Shown here: in pieces, positions 58,614 through 64,000 of the stretch
Layout: each line of letters begins with the position of its first letter
How positions within the stretch are numbered: position 1 is the first letter of the stretch
Assembly (NCBI GenBank): GCA_044870765.1
Contig: JBIOZG010000005.1
Span: 32,001 to 96,000, forward strand
Source: Nitrososphaeraceae archaeon
Lineage (GTDB): Archaea; Thermoproteota; Nitrososphaeria; Nitrososphaerales; Nitrososphaeraceae
Length of the DNA: 64,000 bases
Direction of reading: 5' to 3'
Translations under genes and position numbers: made by a program
The notes under the pieces: generated by a model
Seen by the model: only the letters and a program-made list of their open reading frames with translations
Databases searched by the model: none
What the model was told of the DNA's origin: nothing

Positions 58614-58751
58614 GAATAAAACCCCCTAGGTTTATTCGCTCATATTCGATAAATATCTGTTTAGATTGAGTAGATGAATTGAGCATATACAATAACAAGT
58701 CGTAACCCAAATCAAAATATCACCAAATTATCTGTAGTGGACTGATGACTA

Positions 58752-59300
58752 TTATTTTTCTCCTGAAATGTCCATTATGTTTGAAGAGCTTTTTTTCCTT
58801 CCATAGAAAAATATGACCACTGCTATAACAGAGATTGTCGTTGCAAGTAGGATATAATTAATGGGTGAAACCAAAAGTATCCCAATTTGTGGAATTACCA
58901 GTTTGACTTTTCCAATGTAATTCTTACTGTCTACTGGGAAATCAATACCTGGAATAGATACGGGACTAGCGTCTCCTTTAGTTATAATTATCCTTTTACC
59001 GTTCTCCGACGTTATTTCGGTAATTCTGTGTACAATTATTCGGTCTTCCCCGGCAGGCTTGTTAAACACTATCATGTCCCCCACTTTAGTAGTGTTAAAC
59101 ATTTGTCCGTCCCCAATGAATATTAGATCGTTTACATTGAGTGCCCGAGCCATAGTGTCATCATGTATCACGAAAAATGGCTGAGGATTGTCAAATTCAG
59201 TTTCAAGATAATGGTAAAGTGAAACAACTATTAAAACTCCCAAGACAAAAACTATTACGTTCTTGATAATAGTTGGAAGGCGAGATCTTTCATCTAGCAA
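58752..59300 (-). CDS. signal peptidase I (S26B/Sec11)-like, catalytic Ser apparently replaced
   Basis: N- and C-terminal TM helices, IIVHRI, TKGDA, IGKV..IP; DDTM at the SGSM position. Confidence 0.8.
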   Translation of the reverse strand: MLDERSRLPTIIKNVIVFVLGVLIVVSLYHYLETEFDNPQPFFVIHDDTMARALNVNDLIFIGDGQMFNTTKVGDMIVFNKPAGEDRIIVHRITEITSENGKRIIITKGDASPVSIPGIDFPVDSKNYIGKVKLVIPQIGILLVSPINYILLATTISVIAVVIFFYGRKKSSSNIMDISGEK

Positions 59301-59394
59301 ATTATGAAAAATTATTTATTTAGATAAGATAAATCTTTAGATTTTTTGAATTATTGGCAGCTCAGTCTAATGCCTTTTCATCATTAATTGAGTC

Positions 59395-59841
59395 TTAGTA
59401 TAACTCTGAATCTTCACTGCTGCCACTTTGTATTTTACTTTTTTGATATTTAACATAATCGTCCACAGCAGAATTTGCTTGTAAATCTGCTTCGTGATTT
59501 TCAGCTCTCATAATGTGCTTGTATTCAACAAGATCAAATGACTTTTCAAGATTGGAGATTTCCATTGACATTGTTTTTAATTCACTGTTTCTTATCTTGT
59601 ATTTTCTAGACCGTTGGTTGACCAACAATATACTGTCTGATTTGATTCTGATACATCTAGTATGAAAATTGGTTATCTGCAATGCCCTTTTTAATGCAAA
59701 GTATTCTGCCTGATTGTTTGTCTTGATTCCAATAAATTCCCTATAGCTAAAAATCCTCTTGTTTTCCTTAAATGCTATTACACCTATGCCAGAAGGACCC
59801 GGGTTTCCTCTACTTGACCCATCAATGTAAATCTCATACAA
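59395..59841 (-). CDS. rnhA: ribonuclease HI family
   Basis: DGSSRGNPGP, TNNQAEY, SDS, RAENHEAD. Confidence 0.92.
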   Translation of the reverse strand: MYEIYIDGSSRGNPGPSGIGVIAFKENKRIFSYREFIGIKTNNQAEYFALKRALQITNFHTRCIRIKSDSILLVNQRSRKYKIRNSELKTMSMEISNLEKSFDLVEYKHIMRAENHEADLQANSAVDDYVKYQKSKIQSGSSEDSELY

Positions 59842-60005
59842 TAAAACTCACTGTTGGTGTCTATAATATAATATTAACAATGATTTGAATTGATTAAAAA
59901 ATGGTATTCCTTAGATCCTTACTCTAATTAGATAGATATAGACAAATTTTGACCTTTTTCAATTATATTAAAGTACATTTTTATGATTCTTATAGGTGAC
60001 AATGT

Positions 60006-60560
60006 GTGCCTAAAAGAAAAATTAAAGAAGATAAACCAAGGAAAAAAATGGGAAAAAAACAAATCTTAATACCGCCAGTAATTGTCGGTGTCGCAACACT
60101 ATCCGGATTCCTTATTATACAATTCTTTCCTGCTCCATCCCCAGTTCAGGTTTGCCTCAAATCACATAATGATACATTTAACGTTCACTCAAGGATCGAT
60201 CTTGAAGTTGACGGACACAAGAAACTATTACCTGATACGGTGGGACAAACTAAAGAAGGTAAGGAATGTCTTAGAGTTATACATACCGATAGTGTTGGCG
60301 ATCAAATCCATATACAATTTGTCCGTCCTGTGAGACTTACATTAGGAGATTTCATGAAAATATATACAAACAACAGCACAATTGTTCAAGTAGTAGATAA
60401 TTCAACCGGCAAGGACATATATCAAAACATTACTCTCGCTGATTATAATATAGATTATTCATATTTTTCTGATGGCGGATTTGTCGAAATTAGTAATCTG
60501 ACAAGTTCACCTCCACTAAGTGATTCATTCTTTGGAAGAATATCAATGATCTCCAAATAG
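60006..60560 (+). CDS. membrane-anchored hypothetical protein
   Basis: Basic N-terminus, TM helix, VHSRID and IHTDSVGDQIHIQ..LTLGDF segments, two Cys. Confidence 0.7.
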   Translation: MPKRKIKEDKPRKKMGKKQILIPPVIVGVATLSGFLIIQFFPAPSPVQVCLKSHNDTFNVHSRIDLEVDGHKKLLPDTVGQTKEGKECLRVIHTDSVGDQIHIQFVRPVRLTLGDFMKIYTNNSTIVQVVDNSTGKDIYQNITLADYNIDYSYFSDGGFVEISNLTSSPPLSDSFFGRISMISK

Positions 60561-60592
60561 ATATAAATAGACAGGATCATTTTTGATAAGGA

Positions 60593-61612
60593 TTGAGTAA
60601 ATCAGCTGTAATTATAAAGGGCGATGGAACTGGTCCTGAACTTGTAAACGCAATGGTTCATGTTCTTGAGGAATGTAACTCAAAAATCAAGTTAATTCCA
60701 TGTGAAGCTGGATCTGAATGGTGGACGAAAAATGGCGGCACTTCTTATATTTCAGAAGAGGTGTGGAAACTTTTGGAAAATTCTGATGCATGCTTTAAAG
60801 GCCCGACCACGACTATACCAACTTCAAACGCTCCAAGAAGTGTAGCAGTTAGTATTAGACAAAAGTTCAACCTTTACGCAAATGTTCGTCCTATTAAAAC
60901 ATACAAGAATTCTACACATCAATTAGATTTCATTTGTGTTAGGGAAGCAACTGAGGGACTTTATTCTGGTATAGAGTTTAAGATAGGTGATGATGCAGCA
61001 ATAGCTGTAAGGAAAATAACACGGAAAAAATGTGAAGCCGTCGTTGGACATGGATTTAAGTTGGCTGCCGAAAAAGCATTCAAAAAAATATATGTTATAA
61101 CCAAAAGGAACATTTTGAAAGAAACTGATGGAATTTTTTGGAACGCTGTGCAAGACATACAATCCGAATTCAAAGAGATAGCCATAGAGGAATATTATAT
61201 AGATAATATGACTCAGCAATTGGTAAAAAATCCGGATCGGTTTAACAAGAGCATATTACTAAGTACAAATTTGTTTATGGACATTGTCTCTGAATGCGCA
61301 TCTGGGCATGTAGGTTCTATTGGTAATGTCTACTCTGGGAACTATGGAGACAACTATGCAATGTTCGAGCCCGCACATGGCAGTGCTCCAAAATATGCAG
61401 GACAAGATAAAGTTAATCCTGTAGCCACTATTCTATCAGGTGCCCTTATGGCAAAATATCTGGGAGAAGGCGAAATATGCAATGCAATCTTCACTTCAAC
61501 TGAAGAAACAATAAATGAAGGAAAGCGTCTTACTTACGATTTAGGTGGCTCGTCTTCTTTGAGTCAGATGGCAAATGAAATTGCAAATAGATCCAAAACG
61601 TATTTATCCTAA
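60593..61612 (+). CDS. isocitrate/isopropylmalate dehydrogenase family
   Basis: GDGTGPE, KGP, YANVRP, REATEGLY, TNLFMD, FEPAHGSAPKYAG. Confidence 0.92.
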   Translation: MSKSAVIIKGDGTGPELVNAMVHVLEECNSKIKLIPCEAGSEWWTKNGGTSYISEEVWKLLENSDACFKGPTTTIPTSNAPRSVAVSIRQKFNLYANVRPIKTYKNSTHQLDFICVREATEGLYSGIEFKIGDDAAIAVRKITRKKCEAVVGHGFKLAAEKAFKKIYVITKRNILKETDGIFWNAVQDIQSEFKEIAIEEYYIDNMTQQLVKNPDRFNKSILLSTNLFMDIVSECASGHVGSIGNVYSGNYGDNYAMFEPAHGSAPKYAGQDKVNPVATILSGALMAKYLGEGEICNAIFTSTEETINEGKRLTYDLGGSSSLSQMANEIANRSKTYLS

Positions 61613-61646
61613 TTGTAGTAACATAGTGAATAGTGGTGTTACTAAC

Positions 61647-62168
61647 TTATTTACTCAATTCAATAATCTGTAGTGTTTCATAAAATAGTTCTTTTTGAGC
61701 TATTTTTTTTACCATAATATTATTTTTTGACAAAAAACTATCTAATTTGCGGGTATCCGAAATACTCGATACTATTATTAGGATTTTACCGCCAATTTCC
61801 AATCTGTCAATTGCATCTTTTAGAAAGTCAATGGTAATTTCAACACCGGCTGGTCCTCCATCTGTTGTATTATCAATATACCCTGTGGCATTTGGGAGAT
61901 AGGGTGGATTAGTTACTATGAGATCAAATTTGATACCATGTAAAGCAGTGGCGGCATAACAACAAATCACTCTTTGATTTCTTGACATTTCTAGCAAACG
62001 CTTTAAAGAACAAAAATCGATGTCAGTTCCTATAACAGTTTTAAATTGCTTTGCCAACTCCATTAGCACGATCCCACTACTGGTACCAATTTCTAATGCT
62101 AATGTGCCACTATATCGATTAACCGTATTGGCCAAAAATATAGTGTCATCAGATGGCAAATACAACAT
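61647..62168 (-). CDS. HemK2/Mtq2-type methyltransferase
   Basis: YLPSDDT, LEIGTSSG, NPPYLP, DGG..G. Confidence 0.88.
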   Translation of the reverse strand: MLYLPSDDTIFLANTVNRYSGTLALEIGTSSGIVLMELAKQFKTVIGTDIDFCSLKRLLEMSRNQRVICCYAATALHGIKFDLIVTNPPYLPNATGYIDNTTDGGPAGVEITIDFLKDAIDRLEIGGKILIIVSSISDTRKLDSFLSKNNIMVKKIAQKELFYETLQIIELSK

Positions 62169-62219
62169 ATTTGTATATCTCGACCAAATTTATAACTGTA
62201 CAATTTAACCGTCTATCAT

Positions 62220-62945
62220 TTAAGCTGTTTTCTTGCGATACTGTAGGTCATTGGTAATTTTTATAAGGGTCTCTGCATCCAACTGGTCAATTTTCTTATT
62301 GCCATAATCCTTAATTTGTAACAACGACTCAGGGTTTTTGTTTCTGTTACTAAAAAGGTACTCTAACCAGGCCATAACATCTTTTGTAATTTTACTTTTC
62401 TTTCTTTGCATCCTTATAACCCTAGATTCAATTTTTGGGGGTGGCAAGAAAGAACTTTTCTCTACATCAAATAATGAATCAATTTCAAAACAATATTGTG
62501 AAATTACAGAGACGACGGAATAATTTGTACTTCCAGGAGAGGCCAACATTTTTTCAGAAAACTCCTTTTGTACCATTACTACTGCCTCTCTAAATTCGTG
62601 AGAAGCCATCCACTTTACTAAGTCTTTTGATCTTGAGTAAGGGATGTTTGACAGAAAATAGTCAAATTCAAAATGCTCTTGAACAAAGAAATCTTGGTTG
62701 AATAATTTGACATTCGAATTATTCGCTAGGTATGTTCTTGCTTTGTAATACAATTCCTTGTCTATTTCGTAAGAATATACTGTTTTGGCAAATGACGAAA
62801 TCTCCTTTGTAAGATAACCAAAACCCGTACCAAGCTCCAATACCACATCTGACTTTGAAATAGTACATGAATCTGCTATCTTGGAAATCGTCCTAAAATC
62901 TATTAGAAAATGTTGACCCAGGTAGACCTTCTTATCATCTTCCAA
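62220..62945 (-). CDS. rsmA: 16S rRNA adenine dimethyltransferase RsmA/KsgA
   Basis: LGQHFL, LELGTG.G.LT, SNIPY, MVQKEF, FLPPPKIES. Confidence 0.92.
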   Translation of the reverse strand: MEDDKKVYLGQHFLIDFRTISKIADSCTISKSDVVLELGTGFGYLTKEISSFAKTVYSYEIDKELYYKARTYLANNSNVKLFNQDFFVQEHFEFDYFLSNIPYSRSKDLVKWMASHEFREAVVMVQKEFSEKMLASPGSTNYSVVSVISQYCFEIDSLFDVEKSSFLPPPKIESRVIRMQRKKSKITKDVMAWLEYLFSNRNKNPESLLQIKDYGNKKIDQLDAETLIKITNDLQYRKKTA

Positions 62946-63543
62946 CGAATAACGTCATCCTAGTCTCTTTGGTTATTTCCTCATCTATCCTCTTTGCTAT
63001 TAGCTTGTGTATGTCTTTTAGCCCAATTCTGGTTTGGATGTCAGTAAAGGATGTAAATTTTTGTTTTTCTCTTTCATTAATTATACTCATCATATAGGTT
63101 TTACCAATACCAGGTATCAATTCTAAAGAATGAATTCGAGGTGTTATGGGTTGAGCAGCGTTGATATAGGTAACAAACCGTTCCTCATTTGCCAGGACAA
63201 TCTTTTCTATGATAGATGGGAGTTCATTTTTTGCAGATTGTGAAATGGAATCATATTGTAATTTTCCAAGAACGCTAATTATCTTGTTCCTTCCTTCTTT
63301 ACCTATATACACTCTTTCACCTAGATCAAAATTAATGTTTTGAACTCCCAGCAATTCCAATAATGTTAAACGACTTTCTCCTATTGCTTGAATAATTATT
63401 CCTTCTCTGCCCCTTATAGTCTGAGATTTACCTCTAAGGGAAAAGTCTAACACATATGCATACTCTTCAAACTTGTGACTATGAAGAGCATAATCATGAC
63501 TAGTGTGTCTGCTATGAAAGTTATTTTGACTAGTAGAATCCAA
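62935..63543 (-). CDS. DUF655 RNA-binding HhH protein
   Basis: EEYAYVLD, QAIGE..LTLLE, RIHSLELIPGIGK; conserved rpoF-DUF655-rsmA order. Confidence 0.9.
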   Translation of the reverse strand: MDSTSQNNFHSRHTSHDYALHSHKFEEYAYVLDFSLRGKSQTIRGREGIIIQAIGESRLTLLELLGVQNINFDLGERVYIGKEGRNKIISVLGKLQYDSISQSAKNELPSIIEKIVLANEERFVTYINAAQPITPRIHSLELIPGIGKTYMMSIINEREKQKFTSFTDIQTRIGLKDIHKLIAKRIDEEITKETRMTLFVGR

Positions 63544-63571
63544 TTACTTGCAATAATGTACTGCGTACTTT

Positions 63572-63904
63572 TTAAGTTTCATGCACAGACTTAATTTTCT
63601 GCAATATGTTTTCTGATGTTGATGTCAGTATTAATTTCTTCCATCCAAATGTGAATGCCCTAATTTCTTCTAAAGAGCTTGGGAGTATGTTGACAACCTC
63701 CACAGCCTCCTCCTCAGTAAGACCGCATTGGCCCACTAGTTCACTTACTAGTTTTTGTGCGTCTTTACCTTCTATTTTTGAGAATTTATTGACATAATCA
63801 TATGTCCATCGCTGAATTTGGTCCATTTCATCAACCTTCTTTGTTTCCAATATCTCCTTTACATCAGGGAGTGTTATCATTTCTTTTTTTGTAATTTTTG
63901 TCAA
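63572..63904 (-). CDS. rpoF: RNA polymerase subunit Rpo4 (F)
   Basis: ITLPDVKEIL, QRWTYDYVNKFSK, VVNILPSSLEEIR. Confidence 0.92.
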   Translation of the reverse strand: MTKITKKEMITLPDVKEILETKKVDEMDQIQRWTYDYVNKFSKIEGKDAQKLVSELVGQCGLTEEEAVEVVNILPSSLEEIRAFTFGWKKLILTSTSENILQKIKSVHET

Positions 63905-63917
63905 TCTACAACATCTT

Positions 63918-64000
63918 CTATTTTATGGGCCGAATGTGATTAAATTTAGTCTGTAAGAGCTTTTGTTTTTCTCCGACAAGTATGCCAACTTTGACAGTTC
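63918..64000 (-). CDS. rpl21e: 50S ribosomal protein eL21, 3' end only
   Basis: ...TVKVGILVGEKQKLLQTKFNHIRPIK*; canonical position upstream of rpoF. Confidence 0.8.
   Translation of the reverse strand, partial: TVKVGILVGEKQKLLQTKFNHIRPIK

Noticed and set aside
606-63797. Many 60-170 aa ORFs antisense to or overlapping recognised genes (e.g. 4077-4559, 8920-9426, 16973-17377, 39907-40098, 51812-52213)
   Set aside because: Shadow frames of well-supported genes with Ser/Phe/Leu-rich composition and no motifs
63918-64000. Suspected frameshift in the eL21 3' end at the A-run
   Set aside because: Careful translation gives a continuous frame to TAG at 63918

Overview
AT-rich archaeal chromosomal DNA, most consistent with an ammonia-oxidising archaeon of the Nitrososphaeraceae (Thaumarchaeota/Nitrososphaerota). 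This is inferred from archaeal r-proteins and RNAP subunits, intron-containing tRNAs, the 4-hydroxybutyryl-CoA dehydratase of the 3HP/4HB cycle, and lineage-typical small Zn-finger proteins. The window is mostly core genome: translation (L1, L10, L7Ae-S28e-L24e-ndk-aIF5B, L18-S5-L30-L15-secY-adk-cmk-cbf5, L37e, L40e, L21e-rpoF-DUF655-rsmA-HemK), SDH, mdh, arginine, purine and pyrimidine genes, ftsY, prefoldin and GTPases. There is one small accessory patch of secreted/surface proteins beside tRNA-Ser. I saw no integrase, transposase, CRISPR array or rRNA. Most notable: (1) a tRNA-Leu(UAG) with two non-canonical BHB introns around an 8-nt anticodon micro-exon; (2) a Grs/Gms-like radical SAM, a candidate GDGT/crenarchaeol ring-forming enzyme; (3) a DRG GTPase that appears to need a CUG start; (4) a K-turn over the L7Ae Shine-Dalgarno; (5) several unannotated metal-binding microproteins (C2H2, DUF5679-like, Cys-rich); (6) a Ser-to-Thr signal peptidase paralogue; (7) a truncated nucleotide-sugar dehydrogenase plus PIG-L deacetylase pair. 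I cannot demonstrate a wholly new multi-gene system from sequence alone. All family calls are from motif recognition, not database searches.
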